Assembly: GCF_009914755.1 (NCBI RefSeq)
Contig: NC_060937.1
Strand: one strand, 5' to 3'
DNA: 64,000 bases
Origin: the human T2T-CHM13v2.0 reference genome, Homo sapiens
Shown: positions 26,175 to 39,700 of the stretch, piece after piece
Position numbering within the stretch: the first letter of the stretch is position 1
Layout: every line of letters starts with the position of its first letter
Notes under the pieces: model-generated
Database searches by the model: none
Told to the model about the DNA's origin: nothing
What the model saw: the letters and a program-made list of their open reading frames with translations, nothing else
Translations under genes and position numbers: made by a program

Positions 26175-26852
26175 AGATATTTACTTTTTCACCGTAGGCA
26201 TCAAAGCGCTCCAAATGTCCACATCCAGATACTCCAGAAAGAGTGTTTCAAACCTGCTCTATGAAAGGGAATCTTCAACTCTATGAGTTGAATGCAGACA
26301 TCAGAAAGAAATTTCTGAGAATGCTGCTGTCTACCTTTTATTTGAACTCCCGCTTCCAACGAAATCCTCCAAGCTATCCAAATATCCACTTGCATTTTCC
26401 ACAAAAAGAGTGCTTCAAAACTGCTCTATCAATAAATGTTCAACTCCTTTAGCTGGGTGCACACATCACAAACAAGTTTCTGAGAATGCTTCTGTCTAGT
26501 TTTTATGGGAAGACATTCCCTTTTTCACCAAAGGCATCAAAGCGCTCCAAATGTCCACTTCCAGACACTACAAAAAGAGTGTTTCCAACGTGCTCTAAGA
26601 AAGCGAATGTTCAACTCTGTGACTTGAATGCAGATATCACAAAGTAGTTTCTGAGAGGGCTTCTGTCTAGATTTTAGATGATGATATTCCCGTTTCCAAC
26701 GAAATCATTAGAGCTATCCAAATATCCACTTACAGTTTCTACAAAAAGAGTGTTTCCAAACTGCTGCATCAAAAGAGAGGTTCCACTCTGTTAGCTGAGT
26801 ACACACATCACAAACTTGTTTCTGAGAATCCTTCTGTGTCGTTTTTATGGGA
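26175..26852 (-). repeat. 678-bp tetramer module, copy 4
   Basis: Anchor spacing 26243 to 26921. Confidence 0.9.
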
Positions 26853-29800
26853 AGATATTTACTTTTTCACCGTAGGCATCAAAGCGCTCCAAATGTCCAC
26901 ATCCAGATACTCCAGAAAGAGTGTTTCAAACCTGCTCTATGAAAGGGAATCTTCAACTCTATGAGTTGAATGCAGACATCAGAAAGAAATTTCTGAGAAT
27001 GCTGCTGTCTACCTTTTATTTGAATTCCCGCTTCCAACGAAATCCTCCAAGCTATCCAAATATCCACTTGCAGATTCCACAAAAAGAGTGTTTCAAAACT
27101 GCTCTCTATCAATGGCAAAGTTCAACTCTGTTAGTTGAGGACACATATCACCAACAAGTTTCTGAGAATGCTTCTGTCTATTTTTTATGGGAAGATATTT
27201 CCTTTTTCACCGTAGGCGTCAAGGCGATCGAAATGTCCACTTCCACAAACTACAAAAAGAGTGTTTCAAACCTGCTCTATGAAAGGCCATGTTCATCTCT
27301 ATGAGTCGAATGGAAATATCCGAAAGAAATTTCTGGGAATGCTGCTGTCTAGTTTTTATACGAATTCCCGCTTCCAACGAAATCCTCAAAGCAATCCAAA
27401 TATCCACTTGCAGAATCCACAAAAAGAGTGTTTCAAAACTGCTCTATCAATAGAAAGGTTCAACTCTTTTAGTTGAGTACACACATCACAAACAAGTTTC
27501 TGAGAATGCTTCTGTCTGGCTTTTATTGGAAGACGTTTCCTTTTCACCAAAGGCATCAAAGCGCTCCAAATGTCCACTTCCAGATTCTTCCAAAAGAGTG
27601 TTTGAAACGTGCTCAAAGTAAGGGAATGTTCAACTCTGTGACTTGAATGCAGATATCACCAAGTAGTTTCTAATAGTGCTTCTGTCTAGATTTTAGATGA
27701 TGATATTCCCGTTTCCAACGAAATCGTTAGAGCTATCCAAATATCCACTTACAGTTTCTACAAAAAGAGTGTTTCCAAACTGCTGCATCAAAAGAAAGGT
27801 TCAACTCTGTTAGTTGAGGACACACATCACAAAGAAGTTTGTGAGAATGCTTCTGTCTAGATTTTGTATGACCATATTCCCTTTTCCAGCGATATCATTA
27901 AAGCAATCTAAATATCCATTTGCAGAATCCACAAAAATAGAGTTTCAAAGCTGCTCTGTAAAAAGAAAGGTTCCACTCTGTTAGCTGAGTACACACATCA
28001 CAAACTTGTTTCTCAGAATCCTTCTGTCTCGTTTTTCTGGGAAGATATTTACTTTTTCACCGTAGGCATCAAAGCGCTCCAAATGTCCACATCCAGATAC
28101 TCCAGAAAGAGTGTTTCAAACCTGCTCTATGAAAGGGAATCTTCAACTCTATGAGTTGAATGCAGACATCAGAAAGAAATTTCTGAGAATGCTGCTGTCT
28201 ACCTTTTATTTGAATTCCCGCTTCCAACGAAATCCTCCAAGCTATCCAAATATCCACCTGCATTTTCCACAAAAAGAGCGTTTCAAAACTGCTCTATCAA
28301 TAGAAATGTTCAACTCCTTTGGCTGGGTACACACATCACAAACAAGTTTCTGAGAATGCTTCTGTCTAGTTTTTATGGGAAGACATTCCCTTTTTCACCA
28401 AAGGCATCAAAGCGCTCCAAATGTCCACTTCCAGACACTACAAAAAGAGTGTTTCCAACGTGCTCTAAGAAAGCGAATGTTCAACTCTGTGACTTGAATG
28501 CAGATATCACAAAGTAGTTTCTGAGAGGGCTTCTGTCTAGATTTTAGATGATGATATTCCCGTTTCCAACGAAATCATTAGAGCTATCCAAATATCCACT
28601 TACAGTTTCTACAAAAAGAGTGTTTCCAAACTGCTGCATCAAAAGAGAGGTTCCACTCTGTTAGCTGAGTACACACATCACAAACTTGTTTCTCAGAATC
28701 CTTCTGTCTCGTTTTTCTGGGAAGATATTTACTTTTTCACCGTAGGCATCAAAGCGCTCCAAATGTCCACATCCAGATACTCCAGAAAGAGTGTTTCAAA
28801 CCTGCTCTATGAAAGGGAATCTTCAACTCTATGAGTTGAATGCAGACATCAGAAAGAAATTTCTGAGAATGCTGCTGTCTACCTTTTATTTGAATTCCCG
28901 CTTCCAACGAAATCCTCCAAGCTATCCAAATATCCACTTGCAGATTCCACAAAAAGAGTGTTTCAAAACTGCTCTCTATCAATGGCAAAGTTCAACTCTG
29001 TTAGTTGAGGACACATATCACCAACAAGTTTCTGAGAATGCTTCTGTCTATTTTTTATGGGAAGATATTTCCTTTTTCACCGTAGGCGTCAAGGCGATCG
29101 AAATGTCCACTTCCACAAACTACAAAAAGAGTGTTTCAAACCTGCTCTATGAAAGGCCATGTTCATCTCTATGAGTCGAATGGAAATATCCGAAAGAAAT
29201 TTCTGGGAATGCTGCTGTCTAGTTTTTATACGAATTCCCGCTTCCAACGAAATCCTCAAAGCAATCCAAATATCCACTTGCAGAATCCACAAAAAGAGTG
29301 TTTCAAAACTGCTCTATCAATAGAAAGGTTCAACTCTTTTAGTTGAGTACACACATCACAAACAAGTTTCTGAGAATGCTTCTGTCTGGCTTTTATTGGA
29401 AGACGTTTCCTTTTCACCAAAGGCATCAAAGCGCTCCAAATGTCCACTTCCAGATTCTTCCAAAAGAGTGTTTGAAACGTGCTCAAAGTAAGGGAATGTT
29501 CAACTCTGTGACTTGAATGCAGATATCACCAAGTAGTTTCTAATAGTGCTTCTGTCTAGATTTTAGATGATGATATTCCCGTTTCCAACGAAATCGTTAG
29601 AGCTATCCAAATATCCACTTACAGTTTCTACAAAAAGAGTGTTTCCAAACTGCTGCATCAAAAGAAAGGTTCAACTCTGTTAGTTGAGGACACACATCAC
29701 AAAGAAGTTTGTGAGAATGCTTCTGTCTAGATTTTGTATGACCATATTCCCTTTTCCAGCGATATCATTAAAGCAATCTAAATATCCATTTGCAGAATCC

Positions 29801-29912
29801 ACAAAAATAGAGTTTCAAAGCTGCTCTGTAAAAAGAAAGGTTCCACTCTGTTAGCTGAGTACACACATCACAAACTTGTTTCTCAGAATACTTCTGTCTC
29901 GTTTTTATGGGA

Positions 29913-30590
29913 AGATATTTACTTTTTCACCGTAGGCATCAAAGCGCTCCAAATGTCCACATCCAGATACTCCAGAAAGAGTGTTTCAAACCTGCTCTAT
30001 GAAAGGGAATCTTCAACTCTATGAGTTGAATGCAGACATCAGAAAGAAATTTCTGAGAATGCTGCTGTCTACCTTTTATTTGAACTCCCGCTTCCAACGA
30101 AATCCTCCAAGCTATCCAAATATCCACTTGCATTTTCCACAAAAAGAGTGCTTCAAAACTGCTCTATCAATAAATGTTCAACTCCTTTAGCTGGGTGCAC
30201 ACATCACAAACAAGTTTCTGAGAATGCTTCTGTCTAGTTTTTATGGGAAGACATTCCCTTTTTCACCAAAGGCATCAAAGCGCTCCAAATGTCCACTTCC
30301 AGACACTACAAAAAGAGTGTTTCAAACGTGCTCTAAGAAAGCGAATGTTCAACTCTGTGACTTGAATGCAGATATCACAAAGTAGTTTCTGAGAGGGCTT
30401 CTGTCTAGATTTTAGATGATGATATTCCCGTTTCCAACGAAATCATTAGAGCTATCCAAATATCCACTTACAGTTTCTACAAAAAGAGTGTTTCCAAACT
30501 GCTGCATCAAAAGAGAGGTTCCACTCTGTTAGCTGAGTACACACATCACAAACTTGTTTCTGAGAATCCTTCTGTGTCGTTTTTATGGGA
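29913..30590 (-). repeat. 678-bp tetramer module, copy 5 (last in window)
   Basis: Anchor spacing 29981 to 30659. Confidence 0.9.
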
Positions 30591-33500
30591 AGATATTTAC
30601 TTTTTCACCGTAGGCATCAAAGCGCTCCAAATGTCCACATCCAGATACTCCAGAAAGAGTGTTTCAAACCTGCTCTATGAAAGGGAATCTTCAACTCTAT
30701 GAGTTGAATGCAGACATCAGAAAGAAATTTCTGAGAATGCTGCTGTCTACCTTTTATTTGAATTCCCGCTTCCAACGAAATCCTCCAAGCTATCCAAATA
30801 TCCACTTGCAGATTCCACAAAAAGAGTGTTTCAAAACTGCTCTCTATCAATGGCAAAGTTCAACTCTGTTAGTTGAGGACACATATCACCAACAAGTTTC
30901 TGAGAATGCTTCTGTCTATTTTTTATGGGAAGATATTTCCTTTTTCACCGTAGGCGTCAAGGCGATCGAAATGTCCACTTCCACAAACTACAAAAAGAGT
31001 GTTTCAAACCTGCTCTATGAAAGGCCATGTTCATCTCTATGAGTCGAATGGAAATATCCGAAAGAAATTTCTGGGAATGCTGCTGTCTAGTTTTTATACG
31101 AATTCCCGCTTCCAACGAAATCCTCAAAGCAATCCAAATATCCACTTGCAGAATCCACAAAAAGAGTGTTTCAAAACTGCTCTATCAATAGAAAGGTTCA
31201 ACTCTTTTAGTTGAGTACACACATCACAAACAAGTTTCTGAGAATGCTTCTGTCTGGCTTTTATTGGAAGACGTTTCCTTTTCACCAAAGGCATCAAAGC
31301 GCTCCAAATGTCCACTTCCAGATTCTTCCAAAAGAGTGTTTGAAACGTGCTCAAAGTAAGGGAATGTTCAACTCTGTGACTTGAATGCAGATATCACCAA
31401 GTAGTTTCTAATAGTGCTTCTGTCTAGATTTTAGATGATGATATTCCCGTTTCCAACGAAATCGTTAGAGCTATCCAAATATCCACTTACAGTTTCTACA
31501 AAAAGAGTGTTTCCAAACTGCTGCATCAAAAGAAAGGTTCAACTCTGTTAGTTGAGGACACACATCACAAAGAAGTTTGTGAGAATGCTTCTGTCTAGAT
31601 TTTGTATGACCATATTCCCTTTTCCAGCGATATCATTAAAGCAATCTAAATATCCATTTGCAGAATCCACAAAAATAGAGTTTCAAAGCTGCTCTGTAAA
31701 AAGAAAGGTTCCACTCTGTTAGCTGAGTACACACATCACAAACTTGTTTCTGAGAATCCTTCTGTCTCATTTTTATGGGAAGATATTTACTTTTTCACCG
31801 TAGGCATCAAAGCGCTCCAAATGTCCACATCCAGATACTCCAGAAAGAGTGTTTCAAACCTGCTCTATGAAAGGGAATCTTCAACTCTATGAGTTGAATG
31901 CAGACATCAGAAAGAAATTTCTGAGAATGCTGCTGTCTACCTTTTATTTGAATTCCCGCTTCCAACGAAATCCTCCAAGCTATCCAAATATCCACCTGCA
32001 TTTTCCACAAAAAGAGCGTTTCAAAACTGCTCTATCAATAGAAATGTTCAACTCCTTTGGCTGGGTACACACATCACAAACAAGTTTCTGAGAATGCTTC
32101 TGTCTAGTTTTTATGGGAAGACATTCCCTTTTTCACCAAAGGCATCAAAGCGCTCCAAATGTCCACTTCCAGACACTACAAAAAGAGTGTTTCCAACGTG
32201 CTCTAAGAAAGCGAATGTTCAACTCTGTGACTTGAATGCAGATATCACAAAGTAGTTTCTGAGAGGGCTTCTGTCTAGATTTTAGATGATGATATTCCCG
32301 TTTCCAACGAAATCATTAGAGCTATCCAAATATCCACTTACAGTTTCTACAAAAAGAGTGTTTCCAAACTGCTGCATCAAAAGAGAGGTTCCACTCTGTT
32401 AGCTGAGTACACACATCACAAACTTGTTTCTCAGAATCCTTCTGTCTCGTTTTTCTGGGAAGATATTTACTTTTTCACCGTAGGCATCAAAGCGCTCCAA
32501 ATGTCCACATCCAGATACTCCAGAAAGAGTGTTTCAAACCTGCTCTATGAAAGGGAATCTTCAACTCTATGAGTTGAATGCAGACATCAGAAAGAAATTT
32601 CTGAGAATGCTGCTGTCTACCTTTTATTTGAATTCCCGCTTCCAACGAAATCCTCCAAGCTATCCAAATATCCACTTGCAGATTCCACAAAAAGAGTGTT
32701 TCAAAACTGCTCTCTATCAATGGCAAAGTTCAACTCTGTTAGTTGAGGACACATATCACCAACAAGTTTCTGAGAATGCTTCTGTCTATTTTTTATGGGA
32801 AGATATTTCCTTTTTCACCGTAGGCGTCAAGGCGATCGAAATGTCCACTTCCACAAACTACAAAAAGAGTGTTTCAAACCTGCTCTATGAAAGGCCATGT
32901 TCATCTCTATGAGTCGAATGGAAATATCCGAAAGAAATTTCTGGGAATGCTGCTGTCTAGTTTTTATACGAATTCCCGCTTCCAACGAAATCCTCAAAGC
33001 AATCCAAATATCCACTTGCAGAATCCACAAAAAGAGTGTTTCAAAACTGCTCTATCAATAGAAAGGTTCAACTCTTTTAGTTGAGTACACACATCACAAA
33101 CAAGTTTCTGAGAATGCTTCTGTCTGGCTTTTATTGGAAGACGTTTCCTTTTCACCAAAGGCATCAAAGCGCTCCAAATGTCCACTTCCAGATTCTTCCA
33201 AAAGAGTGTTTGAAACGTGCTCAAAGTAAGGGAATGTTCAACTCTGTGACTTGAATGCAGATATCACCAAGTAGTTTCTAATAGTGCTTCTGTCTAGATT
33301 TTAGATGATGATATTCCCGTTTCCAACGAAATCGTTAGAGCTATCCAAATATCCACTTACAGTTTCTACAAAAAGAGTGTTTCCAAACTGCTGCATCAAA
33401 AGAAAGGTTCAACTCTGTTAGTTGAGGACACACATCACAAAGAAGTTTGTGAGAATGCTTCTGTCTAGATTTTGTATGACCATATTCCCTTTTCCAGCGA

Positions 33501-36500
33501 TATCATTAAAGCAATCTAAATATCCATTTGCAGAATCCACAAAAATAGAGTTTCAAAGCTGCTCTGTAAAAAGAAAGGTTCCACTCTGTTAGCTGAGTAC
33601 ACACATCACAAACTTGTTTCTCAGAATCCTTCTGTCTCGTTTTTCTGGGAAGATATTTACTTTTTCACCGTAGGCATCAAAGCGCTCCAAATGTCCACAT
33701 CCAGATACTCCAGAAAGAGTGTTTCAAACCTGCTCTATGAAAGGGAATCTTCAACTCTATGAGTTGAATGCAGACATCAGAAAGAAATTTCTGAGAATGC
33801 TGCTGTCTACCTTTTATTTGAATTCCCGCTTCCAACGAAATCCTCCAAGCTATCCAAATATCCACCTGCATTTTCCACAAAAAGAGCGTTTCAAAACTGC
33901 TCTATCAATAGAAATGTTCAACTCCTTTGGCTGGGTACACACATCACAAACAAGTTTCTGAGAATGCTTCTGTCTAGTTTTTATGGGAAGACATTCCCTT
34001 TTTCACCAAAGGCATCAAAGCGCTCCAAATGTCCACTTCCAGACACTACAAAAAGAGTGTTTCCAACGTGCTCTAAGAAAGCGAATGTTCAACTCTGTGA
34101 CTTGAATGCAGATATCACAAAGTAGTTTCTGAGAGGGCTTCTGTCTAGATTTTAGATGATGATATTCCCGTTTCCAACGAAATCATTAGAGCTATCCAAA
34201 TATCCACTTACAGTTTCTACAAAAAGAGTGTTTCCAAACTGCTGCATCAAAAGAGAGGTTCCACTCTGTTAGCTGAGTACACACATCACAAACTTGTTTC
34301 TCAGAATCCTTCTGTCTCGTTTTTCTGGGAAGATATTTACTTTTTCACCGTAGGCATCAAAGCGCTCCAAATGTCCACATCCAGATACTCCAGAAAGAGT
34401 GTTTCAAACCTGCTCTATGAAAGGGAATCTTCAACTCTATGAGTTGAATGCAGACATCAGAAAGAAATTTCTGAGAATGCTGCTGTCTACCTTTTATTTG
34501 AATTCCCGCTTCCAACGAAATCCTCCAAGCTATCCAAATATCCACTTGCAGATTCCACAAAAAGAGTGTTTCAAAACTGCTCTCTATCAATGGCAAAGTT
34601 CAACTCTGTTAGTTGAGGACACATATCACCAACAAGTTTCTGAGAATGCTTCTGTCTATTTTTTATGGGAAGATATTTCCTTTTTCACCGTAGGCGTCAA
34701 GGCGATCGAAATGTCCACTTCCACAAACTACAAAAAGAGTGTTTCAAACCTGCTCTATGAAAGGCCATGTTCATCTCTATGAGTCGAATGGAAATATCCG
34801 AAAGAAATTTCTGGGAATGCTGCTGTCTAGTTTTTATACGAATTCCCGCTTCCAACGAAATCCTCAAAGCAATCCAAATATCCACTTGCAGAATCCACAA
34901 AAAGAGTGTTTCAAAACTGCTCTATCAATAGAAAGGTTCAACTCTTTTAGTTGAGTACACACATCACAAACAAGTTTCTGAGAATGCTTCTGTCTGGCTT
35001 TTATTGGAAGACGTTTCCTTTTCACCAAAGGCATCAAAGCGCTCCAAATGTCCACTTCCAGATTCTTCCAAAAGAGTGTTTGAAACGTGCTCAAAGTAAG
35101 GGAATGTTCAACTCTGTGACTTGAATGCAGATATCACCAAGTAGTTTCTAATAGTGCTTCTGTCTAGATTTTAGATGATGATATTCCCGTTTCCAACGAA
35201 ATCGTTAGAGCTATCCAAATATCCACTTACAGTTGCTACAAAAACAGTGTTTCCAAACTGCTGCATCAAAAGAAAGGTTCAACTCTGTTAGTTGAGGACA
35301 CACATCACAAAGAAGTTTGTGAGAATGCTTCTGTCTAGATTTTGTATGACCATATTCCCTTTTCCAGCGATATCATTAAAGCAATCTAAATATCCATTTG
35401 CAGAATCCACAAAAATAGAGTTTCAAAGCTGCTCTGTAAAAAGAAAGGTTCCACTCTGTTAGCTGAGTACACACATCACAAACTTGTTTCTCAGAATCCT
35501 TCTGTCTCGTTTTTCTGGGAAGATATTTACTTTTTCACCGTAGGCATCAAAGCGCTCCAAATGTCCACATCCAGATACTCCAGAAAGAGTGTTTCAAACC
35601 TGCTCTATGAAAGGGAATCTTCAACTCTATGAGTTGAATGCAGACATCAGAAAGAAATTTCTGAGAATGCTGCTGTCTACCTTTTATTTGAATTCCCGCT
35701 TCCAACGAAATCCTCCAAGCTATCCAAATATCCACCTGCATTTTCCACAAAAAGAGCGTTTCAAAACTGCTCTATCAATAGAAATGTTCAACTCCTTTGG
35801 CTGGGTACACACATCACAAACAAGTTTCTGAGAATGCTTCTGTCTAGTTTTTATGGGAAGACATTCCCTTTTTCACCAAAGGCATCAAAGCGCTCCAAAT
35901 GTCCACTTCCAGACACTACAAAAAGAGTGTTTCCAACGTGCTCTAAGAAAGCGAATGTTCAACTCTGTGACTTGAATGCAGATATCACAAAGTAGTTTCT
36001 GAGAGGGCTTCTGTCTAGATTTTAGATGATGATATTCCCGTTTCCAACGAAATCATTAGAGCTATCCAAATATCCACTTACAGTTTCTACAAAAAGAGTG
36101 TTTCCAAACTGCTGCATCAAAAGAGAGGTTCCACTCTGTTAGCTGAGTACACACATCACAAACTTGTTTCTCAGAATCCTTCTGTCTCGTTTTTCTGGGA
36201 AGATATTTACTTTTTCACCGTAGGCATCAAAGCGCTCCAAATGTCCACATCCAGATACTCCAGAAAGAGTGTTTCAAACCTGCTCTATGAAAGGGAATCT
36301 TCAACTCTATGAGTTGAATGCAGACATCAGAAAGAAATTTCTGAGAATACTGCTGTCTACCTTTTATTTGAATTCCCGCTTCCAACGAAATCCTCCAAGC
36401 TATCCAAATATCCACTTGCAGATTCCACAAAAAGAGTGTTTCAAAACTGCTCTCTATCAATGGCAAAGTTCAACTCTGTTAGTTGAGGACACATATCACC

Positions 36501-36713
36501 AACAAGTTTCTGAGAATGCTTCTGTCTATTTTTTATGGGAAGATATTTCCTTTTTCACCGTAGGCGTCAAGGCGATCGAAATGTCCACTTCCACAAACTA
36601 CAAAAAGAGTGTTTCAAACCTGCTCTATGAAAGGCCATGTTCATCTCTATGAGTCGAATGGAAATATCCGAAAGAAATTTCTGGGAATGCTGCTGTCTAG
36701 TTTTTATACGAAT

Positions 36714-36730
36714 TCCCGCTACCAACGAAA
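36714..36730 (-). promoter_or_regulatory. CENP-B box with essential position 10 mutated (A>T)
   Basis: TCCCGCTACCAACGAAA; reverse complement TTTCGTTGGTAGCGGGA. The ORF track confirms the variant (SRYQ, ISLVAG). Confidence 0.88.
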
Positions 36731-39700
36731 TCCTCAAAGCAATCCAAATATCCACTTGCAGAATCCACAAAAAGAGTGTTTCAAAACTGCTCTATCAATA
36801 GAAAGGTTCAACTCTTTTAGTTGAGTACACACATCACAAACAAGTTTCTGAGAATGCTTCTGTCTGGCTTTTATTGGAAGACGTTTCCTTTTCACCAAAG
36901 GCATCAAAGCGCTCCAAATGTCCACTTCCAGATTCTTCCAAAAGAGTGTTTGAAACGTGCTCAAAGTAAGGGAATGTTCAACTCTGTGACTTGAATGCAG
37001 ATATCACCAAGTAGTTTCTAATAGTGCTTCTGTCTAGATTTTAGATGATGATATTCCCGTTTCCAACGAAATCGTTAGAGCTATCCAAATATCCACTTAC
37101 AGTTGCTACAAAAACAGTGTTTCCAAACTGCTGCATCAAAAGAAAGGTTCAACTCTGTTAGTTGAGGACACACGTCACAAAGAAGTTTGTGAGAATGCTT
37201 CTGTCTAGATTTTGTATGACGATATTCCCTTTTCCAACGATATCGTTAAAGCAATCTAAATATCCATTTGCAGAATCCACAAAAATAGAGTTTCAAAGCT
37301 GCTCTGTAAAAAGAAAGGTTCCACTCTGTTAGCTGAGTACACACATCACAAACTTGTTTCTGAGAATCCTTCTGTCTCGTTTTTATGGGAAGATATTTAC
37401 TTTTTCACCGTAGGCATCAAAGCGCTCCAAATGTCCACATCCAGATACTCCAGAAAGAGTGTTTCAAACCTGCTCTATGAAAGGGAATCTTCAACTCTAT
37501 GAGTTGAATGCAGACATCAGAAAGAAATTTCTGAGAATGCTGCTGTCTACCTTTTATTTGAATTCCCGCTTCCAACGAAATCCTCCAAGCTATCCAAATA
37601 TCCACTTGCAGATTCCACAAAAAGAGTGTTTCAAAACTGCTCTCTATCAATGGCAAAGTTCAACTCTGTTAGTTGAGGACACATATCACCAACAAGTTTC
37701 TGAGAATGCTTCTGTCTATTTTTTATGGGAAGATATTTCCTTTTTCACCGTAGGCGTCAAGGCGATCGAAATGTCCACTTCCACAAACTACAAAAAGAGT
37801 GTTTCAAACCTGCTCTATGAAAGGCCATGTTCATCTCTATGAGTCGAATGGAAATATCCGAAAGAAATTTCTGGGAATGCTGCTGTCTAGTTTTTATACG
37901 AATTCCCGCTTCCAACGAAATCCTCAAAGCAATCCAAATATCCACTTGCAGAATCCACAAAAAGAGTGTTTCAAAACTGCTCTATCAATAGAAAGGTTCA
38001 ACTCTTTTAGTTGAGTACACACATCACAAACAAGTTTCTGAGAATGCTTCTGTCTGGCTTTTATTGGAAGACGTTTCCTTTTCACCAAAGGCATCAAAGC
38101 GCTCCAAATGTCCACTTCCAGATTCTTCCAAAAGAGTGTTTGAAACGTGCTCAAAGTAAGGGAATGTTCAACTCTGTGACTTGAATGCAGATATCACCAA
38201 GTAGTTTCTAATAGTGCTTCTGTCTAGATTTTAGATGATGATATTCCCGTTTCCAACGAAATCGTTAGAGCTATCCAAATATCCACTTACAGTTGCTACA
38301 AAAACAGTGTTTCCAAACTGCTGCATCAAAAGAAAGGTTCAACTCTGTTAGTTGAGGACACACGTCACAAAGAAGTTTGTGAGAATGCTTCTGTCTAGAT
38401 TTTGTATGACGATATTCCCTTTTCCAACGATATCGTTAAAGCAATCTAAATATCCATTTGCAGAATCCACAAAAATAGAGTTTCAAAGCTGCTCTGTAAA
38501 AAGAAAGGTTCCACTCTGTTAGCTGAGTACACACATCACAAACTTGTTTCTCAGAATCCTTCTGTCTCGTTTTTCTGGGAAGATATTTACTTTTTCACCG
38601 TAGGCATCAAAGCGCTCCAAATGTCCACATCCAGATACTCCAGAAAGAGTGTTTCAAACCTGCTCTATGAAAGGGAATCTTCAACTCTATGAGTTGAATG
38701 CAGACATCAGAAAGAAATTTCTGAGAATGCTGCTGTCTACCTTTTATTTGAATTCCCGCTTCCAACGAAATCCTCCAAGCTATCCAAATATCCACTTGCA
38801 GATTCCACAAAAAGAGTGTTTCAAAACTGCTCTCTATCAATGGCAAAGTTCAACTCTGTTAGTTGAGGACACATATCACCAACAAGTTTCTGAGAATGCT
38901 TCTGTCTATTTTTTATGGGAAGATATTTCCTTTTTCACCGTAGGCGTCAAGGCGATCGAAATGTCCACTTCCACAAACTACAAAAAGAGTGTTTCAAACC
39001 TGCTCTATGAAAGGCCATGTTCATCTCTATGAGTCGAATGGAAATATCCGAAAGAAATTTCTGGGAATGCTGCTGTCTAGTTTTTATACGAATTCCCGCT
39101 TCCAACGAAATCCTCAAAGCAATCCAAATATCCACTTGCAGAATCCACAAAAAGAGTGTTTCAAAACTGCTCTATCAATAGAAAGGTTCAACTCTTTTAG
39201 TTGAGTACACACATCACAAACAAGTTTCTGAGAATGCTTCTGTCTGGCTTTTATTGGAAGACGTTTCCTTTTCACCAAAGGCATCAAAGCGCTCCAAATG
39301 TCCACTTCCAGATTCTTCCAAAAGAGTGTTTGAAACGTGCTCAAAGTAAGGGAATGTTCAACTCTGTGACTTGAATGCAGATATCACCAAGTAGTTTCTA
39401 ATAGTGCTTCTGTCTAGATTTTAGATGATGATATTCCCGTTTCCAACGAAATCGTTAGAGCTATCCAAATATCCACTTACAGTTGCTACAAAAACAGTGT
39501 TTCCAAACTGCTGCATCAAAAGAAAGGTTCAACTCTGTTAGTTGAGGACACACGTCACAAAGAAGTTTGTGAGAATGCTTCTGTCTAGATTTTGTATGAC
39601 GATATTCCCTTTTCCAACGATATCGTTAAAGCAATCTAAATATCCATTTGCAGAATCCACAAAAATAGAGTTTCAAAGCTGCTCTGTAAAAAGAAAGGTT

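Larger units (their letters stand above)
24985..36200 (-). repeat. Run of six consecutive canonical 11-mer HORs
   Basis: Strict heptamer/tetramer alternation; anchors from 25053 to 35589. Confidence 0.92.
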
